IMG/VR virus record: IMGVR_UViG_3300042197_002946
Location: 1-64,000 of that record
DNA from: a virus
Direction: 5' to 3' (one strand)
Length of the DNA: 64,000 nt
How positions within the stretch are numbered: position 1 is the stretch's first letter; each line of letters starts with the position of its first letter. Positions 16,548 through 27,039 of this stretch are shown here, in pieces. The notes under the pieces were generated by a model. It was not told the origin of the DNA. It saw nothing but the letters and a program-made list of their open reading frames with translations, and did no database searches. The position numbers and the translations under genes are program-made.

Positions 16548-17013
16548 TTTTACTATAATTGTTGATACTAGAGAACAGCAACCATGGTCTTTTGATCATT
16601 ATGCTACGGCTAATCGTAAGCTGGATACTGGAGACTATAGTATCGATGGACTAGAAAATGTGTTAGCTATAGAGCGCAAAAAAAGTATCAATGAAATAGC
16701 GAACAATATTGTAGAAAGTAGATTCAAGGATGTTATTACTAGACTTTCTCAAATGAAATATGCATATATTTTACTAGAGTTTGATTTAGATAATGTATTA
16801 AACTATCCTATTGGATCCTCTTTACCTAAGCACATGTGGGATAAAGTTAAGATTAGTCCTAGTTTTATTATGAAGCATATTTTAGAATGGCAAATGTTTC
16901 ATAATATTAAAGTAGTATTTTGCGGAGGAGCAACTAATGCAGAAAAAATGGCAGAATTCATAATGAACAAGGTATACTATCTTGAAGTCCACAGTAAAAA
17001 CAAAAAAGTTTGA
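16534..17013 (+). CDS. ERCC4-domain nuclease
   Basis: IIVDTREQ, LDTGDYSI, IERK. Confidence 0.85.
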   Translation: MIKNDFTIIVDTREQQPWSFDHYATANRKLDTGDYSIDGLENVLAIERKKSINEIANNIVESRFKDVITRLSQMKYAYILLEFDLDNVLNYPIGSSLPKHMWDKVKISPSFIMKHILEWQMFHNIKVVFCGGATNAEKMAEFIMNKVYYLEVHSKNKKV

Positions 17014-19015
17014 TGATGCATGGTTAGGTCTGGGTGACCTATCTCTATTATCTATTGATCAAAATATAATGATTCATAGAAAAAAAGAGGATATAGAAAA
17101 TCCAGATTTGCATTTAATGAGAATTATGAGAGACCCGAGATACTTGGGATCTACTTGTAAGCTATTATTTGATATAGAGTTACATCCTATGCAAATTTGT
17201 ATTTTACAAGAATTCTGGATACGAGCTTTCCCTATGTATATTGCTAGTCGAGGTTGGGGTAAGTCATTCTTACTAGCTTTGTATTGTGTATTAAGATGCA
17301 CCTTTTTTCCTGGAACCAAAATAGTTGTAGTAGGCGCAGCTTTTCGTCAGAGTAAAATTATCTTTGAGTACATGGAAACCATATGGAGAAACAGTCCTAT
17401 ATTACGCAGTATCTTTAATGGTAATGATGACGGTCCTCGCAGAGACGTAGACCGTTGTACGATGCGTCTGGGTGATAGCTGGACAATAGCCATTCCTATG
17501 GGTGACGGTAGTAAGATTAGAGGTTTACGCGCTCATATTATTATTGCGGACGAGTTTGCTTCTATTAGTCCAGAAATTTATGAAACGGTAGTCTCTGGCT
17601 TCGCAGCAGTAAGCGCCAGCCCCATTCAAAACGTTAAAGAACAAGCTAAACGACAAGCTATGATCGACTCCGGCTTGTGGGCCCCAGAATTAGATGAGAT
17701 AAATCACAAGATGGGTAATCAGGCTATTATCTCAGGTACCGCTGATTACGGATTCAAACACTTTGCAACCTATTGGAAAAGATATAAAGCTATTATAGAA
17801 AGTAGGGGAGACTCTAGAAAACTAGAAGAAATCTTCAAAGGCGAGGTGCCCAGTAATTTTAACTGGAAAGATTATAGTATTATTCGGATACCTTATGAAT
17901 TAATCCCTAAAGGGTTTATGGATGACAAACAAGTTAGTAGAGCAAAAGCAACAATCCACACTGGTATATATAATATGGAATACGCTGCTTGCTTTGTTAA
18001 TGATAGCGAAGGATTTTTTAGACGTAGTTTAATTGAAAGTTGTGTTACTACCGAAGCTAATAATATCATAATTAATAATAGACCTATAATCTTTGATTCT
18101 GTTGTGCAAGGCAACACTAATCATAAATACATTTATGGGATTGACCCGGCTAGTGAACAAGATAATTTTAGTATTGTTATACTAGAAATACATCCTGATC
18201 ATTCTCGTGTGGTTTATTGTTGGACAACTAATAGAAATAATTTTAAAGATAGGCAAAAAACAGGATTAGTTAATGAGTATGATTTTTATGGATTTTGCGC
18301 TCGGAAAATTCGTAATCTTATGAGGTCTTTTCCTCCGGCGCGCATAGGCATGGACGCTCAAGGAGGAGGGGTGGCTATCGAAGAAGCTTTGCACGATCCC
18401 AGCAAACTTGAAGAAGGAGAAGTATTGATATGGCCAATAATAGACGATAATAAAGCTAAAGATACCGATGATCAAGTAGGACTACATATACTAGAACTGG
18501 TACAATTTGCTAGAGCAGACTGGACTAGTCAAGCTAATCATGGTTTACGTAAAGATCTAGAAGATAAAGCATTATTATTTCCTCGTTTTGATAATTTAAC
18601 GCTAGGATTAGCATTAGATAAAGAAAATAAAGATATTATGGCTACAGATTTAAATCCTATTTACGATAGTCATAGTGAGTGCATCTTAGAGATAGAAGAA
18701 TTAAAGAATGAATTAACTACTATTGTTATGACACAAACTAGTACAGGACCTAACGCTAGAGATCGATGGGACACTCCAGAAGTAAAGATGCCAAACGGTA
18801 AACGAGGAAGACTAAGAAAAGATAGATATAGCGCATTAATTATAGCTAACATGCTAGCTAGACAAATGAATAGAACTCTTAAGCCAGTAGAATATAATAT
18901 GATTGGCGACTTTAGAAGCAATATAGTATCTCAACAGGATACTACAATGTATAAAGGGCCAGAATGGTTTACATCAGCTGCGAATGATGATATATATAAA
19001 GGAGTATATAAGTAA
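16982..19015 (+). CDS. terminase large subunit
   Basis: Walker A ASRGWGKS, Walker B IIIADE, nuclease YGIDPA and DRYSA. Confidence 0.9.
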   Translation: MKSTVKTKKFDDAWLGLGDLSLLSIDQNIMIHRKKEDIENPDLHLMRIMRDPRYLGSTCKLLFDIELHPMQICILQEFWIRAFPMYIASRGWGKSFLLALYCVLRCTFFPGTKIVVVGAAFRQSKIIFEYMETIWRNSPILRSIFNGNDDGPRRDVDRCTMRLGDSWTIAIPMGDGSKIRGLRAHIIIADEFASISPEIYETVVSGFAAVSASPIQNVKEQAKRQAMIDSGLWAPELDEINHKMGNQAIISGTADYGFKHFATYWKRYKAIIESRGDSRKLEEIFKGEVPSNFNWKDYSIIRIPYELIPKGFMDDKQVSRAKATIHTGIYNMEYAACFVNDSEGFFRRSLIESCVTTEANNIIINNRPIIFDSVVQGNTNHKYIYGIDPASEQDNFSIVILEIHPDHSRVVYCWTTNRNNFKDRQKTGLVNEYDFYGFCARKIRNLMRSFPPARIGMDAQGGGVAIEEALHDPSKLEEGEVLIWPIIDDNKAKDTDDQVGLHILELVQFARADWTSQANHGLRKDLEDKALLFPRFDNLTLGLALDKENKDIMATDLNPIYDSHSECILEIEELKNELTTIVMTQTSTGPNARDRWDTPEVKMPNGKRGRLRKDRYSALIIANMLARQMNRTLKPVEYNMIGDFRSNIVSQQDTTMYKGPEWFTSAANDDIYKGVYK

Positions 19016-19071
19016 TAATAGGTGTATTACTCAATAGCTTTCCATTCCTATTACAATACAATTAAAATATT

Positions 19072-21267
19072 ATGGCTAAAAAATATCCTAAAAGTGAGGC
19101 TATTCGCGATGCAGAAATGGCCAATATGCAGGCTTATGTAACGTGGGGCGACGACATAGATAGTCGTCAAAAAGCTTTAGACTCCACTTCAGGATCTTTA
19201 GAAGAATTTGTAGGAATACAAAAAGCAGAAGGTAGGCGTAGAGGATTTGATTATTCCAATTTGGACACTAATACATCTGGTCGTCCAGGATTAACTCGTA
19301 CCGACTATGACTATTTTAGACCAGAAGAAGCAGTTCCTACCAAGATTAAAGCCATTTTACGCAGAGCTGACGATATCTATCAGCGTGTAGGTTTAGTGAA
19401 AAATGTTATCGACCTTATGGGTGATTTCGCAGCCCAAGGTATTAGGTTGGTTCATAAAAACAAAAGAATCGAAAGATTTTATCGTCAATGGTTTAAAAAA
19501 ATACGAGGAAAAGATCGTAGTGAAAGATTTTTAAATAATCTCTATAAAACAGGTAATGTTGTTATTAATAGACAAACAGCAAAACTAAGCTTAAAAGTTG
19601 CAGATAAGCTTTATAGAGCAGTTGCAGCTCCTGATCTAATCATTAATGATTTAGACGAAACACAATTTGAAAAAAGAGAAATTCCTTGGAGATATACTTT
19701 TTTAGACCCTGTATTTGTAGAAGTGTCAGCAGGACAACTATCATCATTTGTTTCTGACAAAAGATATGAACTTGTTCTACCAGCACATTTACGTAAAGTT
19801 ATAAATAGTCCTAAAAATACCAATGAAAAAGATATTGTTTCTAAATTACCAGCCCAAATTCTTGAAGCAGCAAAAACAAGAAAACCCTATCCTTTAGATC
19901 CAGAAAAAATCTTAGTATTTCATTACAAGAAAGACGACTGGCAGACATGGGCGTTTCCAATGATTTATGCTATCATGGATGATATTACAGTGATAGAAAA
20001 ATTAAAGCTTGCGGATATGGCTGCATTGGATGGTGCAATAAGTAATATTCGTATTTTCAAATTAGGAAATTTAGAACATAAAATAGCTCCTACAAAAGCT
20101 GCCGCTGCTAAGCTATCTCAGATTTTAGGAAATAATGTTGGCGGCGGGACAATGGATTTAGTGTGGGGGCCCGATATAGAATTATTAGAAAGTAACACTA
20201 ATGTTCATCAATTTTTAGGCGAAGGGAAATATATTCCGCATCTTAATGCAGTATATGCTGGCCTAGGTATTCCTCCTACCCTCACAGGAACATATGGGGC
20301 GGCTGGAACAACCAACAATTTTATTAGCTTAAAAACACTTACTCAAAGACTTCAGTATGGCAGAGATATTTTGGTAGATTTTTGGGAAAAAGAGATAGCA
20401 GCTGTTCAGAAATCAATGGGATTTAAATATCCAGCTAAAATAGAATTCGATAGAATGGACCTTAGTAATGAAGAAGCAGAAAAAGCACTATTGATTCAAT
20501 TAGCTGATCGCAACCTTATTAGTGATGAGTTACTGCAAAGTCGTTTTGGTATGGATCCAGATATGGAAAAATACAGAATGAATAGAGAAAATAGAGATAG
20601 AGATGGAGATAGAATGATTAAGAAAGCAGGACCATGGCATGATCCACAGTTTGAAAATTCTCTTAAGAAAATAGCATTACAGTCAGGAATAGTTGCTCCG
20701 AGTGAAGTAGGTCTAGAACTAGAGAAGAAAAAAACTGGAGAACAGGCAGCTATGGATTTCAAGCAGAATATGATCTCTCAGAAAAGCCCAACGCAGTTGG
20801 CAAAGAAGCCCGAATCTTTGCCAGGCCAACCACAGCAAGGTAGGCCCAAAAATTCTACAGATACTGAGCAAAGAAAACCAAGACAATTTGCCCCACAAAC
20901 AGGAGCGAAGTTGATGATGTGGATTAATGATGCTCAGGAAAGAATTAATGCTTGTCTTAATCCTATTATATTAGAATTTTATCAGAAAAAGAATATGCGT
21001 AGTTTATCTAATAAAGAGTACGAAGAATTAGATACATTTAAGAATAAAGTTCTATTTAGTTTGACTCCATTCGCAGATCTTTCAGAAGACCACTTGGTTA
21101 GTCTATTAAACGAAATAGATCAAAAAAATACTAAAAATCTAGTTATGGGGTATAACATTTGGCTGAAAAATCTTAGCGCCGAGCTAGGCAAGCAGTTAAC
21201 AGTAGACGAACAAAAACAGGCCAAAGCCGCCTACTATATGCATATTTATTCACAACAAGAAAGTTAA
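19072..21267 (+). CDS. portal protein
   Basis: position after TerL; size; helical portal-like pattern (GIPPTL, IEFDRMDL). Confidence 0.75.
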   Translation: MAKKYPKSEAIRDAEMANMQAYVTWGDDIDSRQKALDSTSGSLEEFVGIQKAEGRRRGFDYSNLDTNTSGRPGLTRTDYDYFRPEEAVPTKIKAILRRADDIYQRVGLVKNVIDLMGDFAAQGIRLVHKNKRIERFYRQWFKKIRGKDRSERFLNNLYKTGNVVINRQTAKLSLKVADKLYRAVAAPDLIINDLDETQFEKREIPWRYTFLDPVFVEVSAGQLSSFVSDKRYELVLPAHLRKVINSPKNTNEKDIVSKLPAQILEAAKTRKPYPLDPEKILVFHYKKDDWQTWAFPMIYAIMDDITVIEKLKLADMAALDGAISNIRIFKLGNLEHKIAPTKAAAAKLSQILGNNVGGGTMDLVWGPDIELLESNTNVHQFLGEGKYIPHLNAVYAGLGIPPTLTGTYGAAGTTNNFISLKTLTQRLQYGRDILVDFWEKEIAAVQKSMGFKYPAKIEFDRMDLSNEEAEKALLIQLADRNLISDELLQSRFGMDPDMEKYRMNRENRDRDGDRMIKKAGPWHDPQFENSLKKIALQSGIVAPSEVGLELEKKKTGEQAAMDFKQNMISQKSPTQLAKKPESLPGQPQQGRPKNSTDTEQRKPRQFAPQTGAKLMMWINDAQERINACLNPIILEFYQKKNMRSLSNKEYEELDTFKNKVLFSLTPFADLSEDHLVSLLNEIDQKNTKNLVMGYNIWLKNLSAELGKQLTVDEQKQAKAAYYMHIYSQQES

Positions 21268-21271
21268 TTAT

Positions 21272-22807
21272 ATGATAATATATAATAGAGAAAAACAAGA
21301 CGGACTAGAAGCCGTATTACAATCATCTGCATCACTTTCTTATGCCTCCCATATACAACCATGTGATGCTGATCATACTTATGCTATGGCGAAAACTCTT
21401 CAAAGCTTAGCCTCTTATAAGGATGAAGATTTATATTATGTACAATCTATTTTAGTTAGTTCCACATGGAATAAAAATGATGATATTTTTGACAAAAAAG
21501 AAATTTGGGCAGCTAGAAATACTCCGGAAGACAAACCCACTAATTTGGAGCATGATGAGAGTATTATTATAGGTCACATTACTGCGAACTGGCCTATTAC
21601 TGAAGAAGGTATATTAATTGATGAAAATACACCTGTAGATAATTTACCAGAAAAATATCATATTTTAACAGGTTCTGTTATTTATAGGGCTTATACTAAT
21701 CCAGAATTAAAAAGTAGAGCAGAAAATCTTATCGAAGAAGTTAAAGCTGGGCAGAAATATGTTAGTATGGAATGTTTCTTTAAAGGATTCGATTATGGAC
21801 TATTAGATATAAGTACCGGTCAATATTCTATTCTTCCACGTAACGAAAGTACCGCTTATCTCACTAAACACCTTAGAGCTTATGGTGGTATGGGTCAACA
21901 TGAAAACTATAAAATAGGAAGAGTATTACGCAATATAACATTTTCTGGAAAAGGTTTTGTTGACAAACCAGCAAATCCCGATAGTATAATTTTTAATCTA
22001 GATAATTTATCTAATAGAAAAAATAGCGTTTTTGCAAATTTGGGTGTATTAAATAATCAGTTTAACTCTAACATGGAGAATAATACAATGAGCGTAGACT
22101 TAGAAACAGAAGTAGCTGAGCTTAAAAGTAAGGTAGAATCAGTTTCTGCGGGTTGCGCAGACACAGTTAAAGAAGCCTACGCTTTAGCTACCGAACTACA
22201 AACCAAAACACAAACACTAGAAGCAGCTATGACAGAAAAAGACAAAGAACTCAAGGATAAAGAAGAACATATGAAAAAGATGAAAGCCGAGTTCGACGAG
22301 ACTCTTTCTGTTAAAACTGCCGAAGCCGAAGAACTCATTAAGGCTAAAGAAGAAGAGCTTAGCAAAATGAAAGCAGAGCTTGACGCTTTAACCGAAGTGC
22401 TAGCTGGCTATAAGGCCAAAGAAGAAGAAATGATGAAGAAAGAGAAGAAGATGAAAAGAGTTGCCGAACTTATGGAAAATGGTTTGGAGCAAGAACTCGC
22501 TCTCTCGACAGCAGATCAGTTTGAAGCTTTGGACGATTCAACTTTTAGCGGCTTATCCGCCTTAATTACAGCTATGATGAAGCGTAAGGCAGAGACTCCA
22601 AAAGAAGACGAAGAAATGCTAGCCAAAAAGAAAGCTTCTGAGACAACTTCTATAGATGAAACAGTTCTAGATAGTGTTGAAGCAGAAGAAACAGTTGATC
22701 TTAGTGTTGGTGGCCAAGAGGCTGATACCTCAATGGAGTCAACACGTTCGGCTTTGATCGAATTTGTTTATAATAGATTAGGTAAAACACTCAATAAGGG
22801 AGAATAA
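21272..22807 (+). CDS. prohead protease fused to coiled-coil scaffold
   Basis: N.EH...IIGH, VSMEC, FSGKGFVDKPANP; acidic coiled-coil C-terminal half. Confidence 0.75.
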   Translation: MIIYNREKQDGLEAVLQSSASLSYASHIQPCDADHTYAMAKTLQSLASYKDEDLYYVQSILVSSTWNKNDDIFDKKEIWAARNTPEDKPTNLEHDESIIIGHITANWPITEEGILIDENTPVDNLPEKYHILTGSVIYRAYTNPELKSRAENLIEEVKAGQKYVSMECFFKGFDYGLLDISTGQYSILPRNESTAYLTKHLRAYGGMGQHENYKIGRVLRNITFSGKGFVDKPANPDSIIFNLDNLSNRKNSVFANLGVLNNQFNSNMENNTMSVDLETEVAELKSKVESVSAGCADTVKEAYALATELQTKTQTLEAAMTEKDKELKDKEEHMKKMKAEFDETLSVKTAEAEELIKAKEEELSKMKAELDALTEVLAGYKAKEEEMMKKEKKMKRVAELMENGLEQELALSTADQFEALDDSTFSGLSALITAMMKRKAETPKEDEEMLAKKKASETTSIDETVLDSVEAEETVDLSVGGQEADTSMESTRSALIEFVYNRLGKTLNKGE

Positions 22808-22809
22808 AC

Positions 22810-23262
22810 ATGGCTCTTAAACCAGATCGTATCGAGAATCAAACAGATATCTCTTTTTTCATGAACACTACTGCCGAGCGTGGTGGCGTAGCTTCTGTTG
22901 TCACAGGTGGCGTCGGAGCATCTATGGATGATGCTGATGCTGTTGTGGCATATGCGGCTGTTGCTTCAGGAGCAAAGCCAGTAGGAGTACTACTCAATGA
23001 TGTCGTAAATTTAGATCTTACCAGACAGCACATTAACTGGTACAAAGACGAAGTTCAAGTTGGAGGCAAGGTTACTCTCCTCCGTCATGGACAAGTCACA
23101 ACCAATATGCTTGTCGCCGGTATCACTCCATCCGCTGGTGTTGATGCTTACGTTGGAGTAAGTGGTCTAATTGGCACATCTAGCACCAATGCTGTTAAGA
23201 TCGGTCAGTTCTTAAGCGGCAAAGATGCTGACGGCTACGCAAAAGTATCAGTTAATCTATAA
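22810..23262 (+). CDS. capsid decoration/cement protein
   Basis: small beta-rich protein between scaffold and MCP. Confidence 0.6.
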   Translation: MALKPDRIENQTDISFFMNTTAERGGVASVVTGGVGASMDDADAVVAYAAVASGAKPVGVLLNDVVNLDLTRQHINWYKDEVQVGGKVTLLRHGQVTTNMLVAGITPSAGVDAYVGVSGLIGTSSTNAVKIGQFLSGKDADGYAKVSVNL

Positions 23263-23288
23263 TCTAAAAAATCCTAAGGAGAAAAACC

Positions 23289-24299
23289 ATGACAGGTAAC
23301 AGTAAAGCTTTTCAACCAACACCGGAGCTAACCGATCTTTTGGTTCGTTCTGGTTCTATGAACCGTGAGACAGCTCTGGCTGCAAATGCTGAATTTGCTA
23401 AAGCTTTAGAGCTACCATTACGTCAAGGTATTATGAGTGGTGATATTCTTGATAGTATCTTCGAGCCAATTCGTTTGGCTCAAAGTGCTACTCCTGAGTT
23501 TCCCCTTGACTTTCTTGCCCCTGGCACAGAAAAAGACTTTGTGGCATATACCATTCCTAATCATGGATATATCCCAGAACGTCATATCGAGAGTGATTAC
23601 GTTATGGTGCCAACATATGATATTGGCGCTAGTATCGACTGGCTATTAAAGTATGCCAGAGATGCCCGTTGGGACGTAGTTGGTCGCGCTATGGAAGTTC
23701 TCGAAGGTCAATTTGTCAAGAAGATGAATGACGATGGCTGGCACACACTATTAGCTGCTGGTGTTGATCGTAACATCATCGTATTTGATAGCGATGCCGG
23801 TGCTGGTCAATTCACAAAGAGACTTGTTAGTCTCATGAAGACAGTTATGCGTCGAAATGGTGGTGGTAACAGCGCCAGCAACAATCGTGGCATGTTAACT
23901 GATCTTTATGTTTCTCCTGAGGCTATGGAAGACATTCGTAATTGGGGTGTCGATCAGGTAGACGAGGTGACTCGTAGAGAAATCTACACAGCTGCCGATG
24001 GTACTCTTAACAGGGTCTTTGGTATTAATCTACATGACCGTGATGAACTAGGTGAAGGTCAAGAATACCAGCTATTCTTTGAAAATGTTCTTAACGGCTC
24101 TGTTCCATCTGGCGATGCAGAAGTCGTAGTTGGCTTAGATATGCGTAAGAGAGATAGCTTTATTATGCCTGTTCGTGAAGAAGTTCAAATTTTTGAGGAT
24201 GATACACTTCATCGTCAGAAGAGAGCTGGCTTCTACGGTTGGGGTGAGCAAGGCTTTGCAGTTCTAGATAACCGCAGAGTACTTATCGGCTCTCTCTAA
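23289..24299 (+). CDS. major capsid protein
   Basis: position, 336 aa, strong SD, followed by terminator. Confidence 0.8.
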   Translation: MTGNSKAFQPTPELTDLLVRSGSMNRETALAANAEFAKALELPLRQGIMSGDILDSIFEPIRLAQSATPEFPLDFLAPGTEKDFVAYTIPNHGYIPERHIESDYVMVPTYDIGASIDWLLKYARDARWDVVGRAMEVLEGQFVKKMNDDGWHTLLAAGVDRNIIVFDSDAGAGQFTKRLVSLMKTVMRRNGGGNSASNNRGMLTDLYVSPEAMEDIRNWGVDQVDEVTRREIYTAADGTLNRVFGINLHDRDELGEGQEYQLFFENVLNGSVPSGDAEVVVGLDMRKRDSFIMPVREEVQIFEDDTLHRQKRAGFYGWGEQGFAVLDNRRVLIGSL

Positions 24300-24327
24300 T
24301 AGTCAACTAGTAATAGTAGTTTTTAAG

Positions 24328-24357
24328 AAAAGGCTGGCATTTTGCCGGCCTTTTTTT
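24328..24357 (+). terminator. intrinsic terminator
   Basis: AAAAGGCTGGCA-TTT-TGCCGGCCTTTTTTT. Confidence 0.85.
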
Positions 24358-24410
24358 ATATCTTGTTATAAAGGTGTATAATGAAATGAGTATAAACAGG
24401 AGGCAATACT

Positions 24411-24932
24411 ATGTCTTGGCAGAAAGAAATAACCACAATTGTAAGAATTTTAATTAATGACTATACCTCTCCATATACATACAGCGATTCAAGAATCGCA
24501 CAGACTATTCTGGTAGCAGCACAATATGTTCAGTTTGATGTAAATTTAGATAATAAATATACTGTCAATTTATCTACTGGTACTTTATCTCCCGATCCAA
24601 CAACATTGCCAGACAAAGATAATATTTTTATTAATCTAACAGGATTGAAAGCAGCTTGTATTGTTGATCAAAGTACTTTTCGAACCAAAGCAGCGCTAGA
24701 AGGCATCAGGGCGGTGCTGGGACCTGCTTCTTTAAGCATAGCAGGAAACCTTGCTCCTTTAAAAACCATCATAGAGATGGGCCCTTGTGCAACATACGAA
24801 GAGTTAACATCTCACTGGGATGTGGCCAATGCTAATGCTGTTAGAGCTATCTTTAGTCCTTTTGTTGGTAATAGATTTGATCCATCAGCCATTCCCTACA
24901 ATGGTGATCGTGGCAGGAACCTATTTTCATAG
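24411..24932 (+). CDS. head-tail adaptor-like protein
   Basis: VRILIND...YSD..I pattern; directly after MCP. Confidence 0.55.
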   Translation: MSWQKEITTIVRILINDYTSPYTYSDSRIAQTILVAAQYVQFDVNLDNKYTVNLSTGTLSPDPTTLPDKDNIFINLTGLKAACIVDQSTFRTKAALEGIRAVLGPASLSIAGNLAPLKTIIEMGPCATYEELTSHWDVANANAVRAIFSPFVGNRFDPSAIPYNGDRGRNLFS

Positions 24933-24948
24933 GAGTATAAAATAAATT

Positions 24949-25353
24949 ATGCCAGCATCAAAATATAATTTTTCCATAGAAAAAGGAACATCTTTTAAGT
25001 TTGCGTTAACACATAAAGAACAAGACGGAACTATTATTGATTTAAGTAATTGGTGTGCTAGGCTAGTCTGGATTACTGACGAAGGCGTGACTCAAACCTT
25101 TTTAACAACAAATACTGACTATAGTGTCTATAAATTTACATTAGATGGCCCTAATGGCAAACTACTATTATTGCTTCCGGCTAATACCACTAACAGTTTT
25201 TATTTTCAGAATGCTAAATACGATCTTGAGCTTCAAAGCCCAGATGATCTATATGCTGGAGGAGGCAAGTATACCATACGTTTATTGTCTGGTGCAATTA
25301 CGATAGTGCCTAGAAACTCTGAATCAGACTCCCCATTTAGTTGTGCAACATGA
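24949..25353 (+). CDS. virion beta-sandwich protein (paralog of N-terminus of 32845..34278)
   Basis: Y.F.IE.GT.F...IDLSN...G...L.LPA.TTNS....A.Y.LE..SPD..Y.GG....RLL.G shared by both. Confidence 0.65.
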   Translation: MPASKYNFSIEKGTSFKFALTHKEQDGTIIDLSNWCARLVWITDEGVTQTFLTTNTDYSVYKFTLDGPNGKLLLLLPANTTNSFYFQNAKYDLELQSPDDLYAGGGKYTIRLLSGAITIVPRNSESDSPFSCAT

Positions 25354-25643
25354 ATAATTTAAGTATTGTAGAGGTACAGAGCGGATTATTTATAGAAGTA
25401 GAGACTGGTACAGAAACATCGATATATAATCAAACTTTACTAGAGATAGAAAGTGGAAATACAGTTAATCTACCTAATATTAATTTAGAAATTACAACAG
25501 ATAATATAATTAAAAATATAACTATAGATGATTTACCTAATAATATTCCTATTACTAAAATTATTGGCAATTTAGATGTTGGTAGAATTTCTGGATTGTC
25601 AGATTTTTTAGATTCTTACGTTTTCGATTGTGGAACCCCATAA
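25350..25643 (+). CDS. virion structural protein, C-terminal DCGTP
   Basis: ATGA overlap; ends like the next gene (DGGTP). Confidence 0.6.
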   Translation: MNNLSIVEVQSGLFIEVETGTETSIYNQTLLEIESGNTVNLPNINLEITTDNIIKNITIDDLPNNIPITKIIGNLDVGRISGLSDFLDSYVFDCGTP

Positions 25644-25676
25644 AACATACCCGCATAATTCAAGAAAGGCTTTATC

Positions 25677-27014
25677 ATGAGTGTTCAAACTTTAATACAA
25701 GTTCGTAGAGGTTCTGCCTCAACATGGACCGCAGTTAATCCTATACTTAGCTCTGGAGAATGGGGCTATGAGACAGATACTGGTAGATATAAAATTGGCG
25801 ATGGCATCACAGTATGGACAAGCTTGGATTATGCAGCGGTTACTCCTGATTCTTTCTCTGCCGGTAGTGGTATCTCAGTAACTACGGGGGTTCTAGGGTC
25901 TACTCTTAGCATTTCTGTCACAGGAATACCTTCTACTCTTGTTACAGACTTTGGTAGTGCTGTCAATAGTTTAATTACTAGTGCTGCCATAGATATAGAA
26001 ACAATACAAGATATTATTGGTAATAGTGGGGTTGTTGGCGGTTTTGGCGCTCAAACAACATACAATGACACCGCAGGACTAACAACCGTTGCTGTCACAG
26101 GTATGGCTCTTAGAGTTGTCCAAGGTAGCGGCATCAATATTATATCTTCTGTAGAAAACAATAATAATATTTATACAGTAGGACTAAGTGATCCGACAAT
26201 ACAAGCATCTGATGTTACGGACTTTAGTAGTAGTGTAAGTGGATTATTGCCATCATTTAGTGCTGGTAATTATGTTGATTTACAAATTAATAATAATACA
26301 TATACTATTAGCGTTACCGGAGTAGCTACAGAGACACACAGCCATGTTTGGACAGACATAGACGCATCAACGATTGCTACGACAGGCGATCTTAGTAGAC
26401 TTTCTGGGGTTACAGACGGAACAGCTAGTGCCAATAAAGTTTTAGTGGTTGATGGCAATAAAGATATTAGTGGTATTGGCTCAATTTCCACCACAGGTAA
26501 TATTACGGTTGGTGGGAATTTGGTTGTGCAGGGTACCACAACAACAGTGAATAGTTCTACTATCAATATTGGAGATAATATTATTAGGGTTAATACTTCT
26601 GGATTACCCACAGGAGGATTGGAAGTTTATGATGGTTCTGGTGTCAAATCAATCGTCTGGGATACTGTTGATAATCGTTGGGAATTCAGTGGTGGTAATG
26701 TGTATACCAGCGGTAATTTTATTGGCAACTTAACTGGCAATGCGGATACTGTAACTAATGGACTATATACTACTGATGTAGGCACTATTACTAGCACAAT
26801 GATTGCAGATGGAACGATTACCAATGGAGACATTAGCTCAATAGCAGGTATTGATGTTGCAAAATTAGCTGCTAGTGGTATTACTTTAGGTTCTACCAAT
26901 ATTATATTAGGACAATCCTCATCTAATATTGTTGGACTAACAGCCATTAGCGGAGCAAGCTCTAACAGTCCAACATATCTATACAATTGTGCTATAGATG
27001 GCGGAACGCCCTAA
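25677..27014 (+). CDS. fibre protein with Mtd N-terminal-like domain
   Basis: IQVRRG...W...NPIL..GE.GYETDT...KIGDG...W..L. Confidence 0.75.
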   Translation: MSVQTLIQVRRGSASTWTAVNPILSSGEWGYETDTGRYKIGDGITVWTSLDYAAVTPDSFSAGSGISVTTGVLGSTLSISVTGIPSTLVTDFGSAVNSLITSAAIDIETIQDIIGNSGVVGGFGAQTTYNDTAGLTTVAVTGMALRVVQGSGINIISSVENNNNIYTVGLSDPTIQASDVTDFSSSVSGLLPSFSAGNYVDLQINNNTYTISVTGVATETHSHVWTDIDASTIATTGDLSRLSGVTDGTASANKVLVVDGNKDISGIGSISTTGNITVGGNLVVQGTTTTVNSSTINIGDNIIRVNTSGLPTGGLEVYDGSGVKSIVWDTVDNRWEFSGGNVYTSGNFIGNLTGNADTVTNGLYTTDVGTITSTMIADGTITNGDISSIAGIDVAKLAASGITLGSTNIILGQSSSNIVGLTAISGASSNSPTYLYNCAIDGGTP

Positions 27015-27039
27015 ACCATTAATTTTTAGATATATTATA

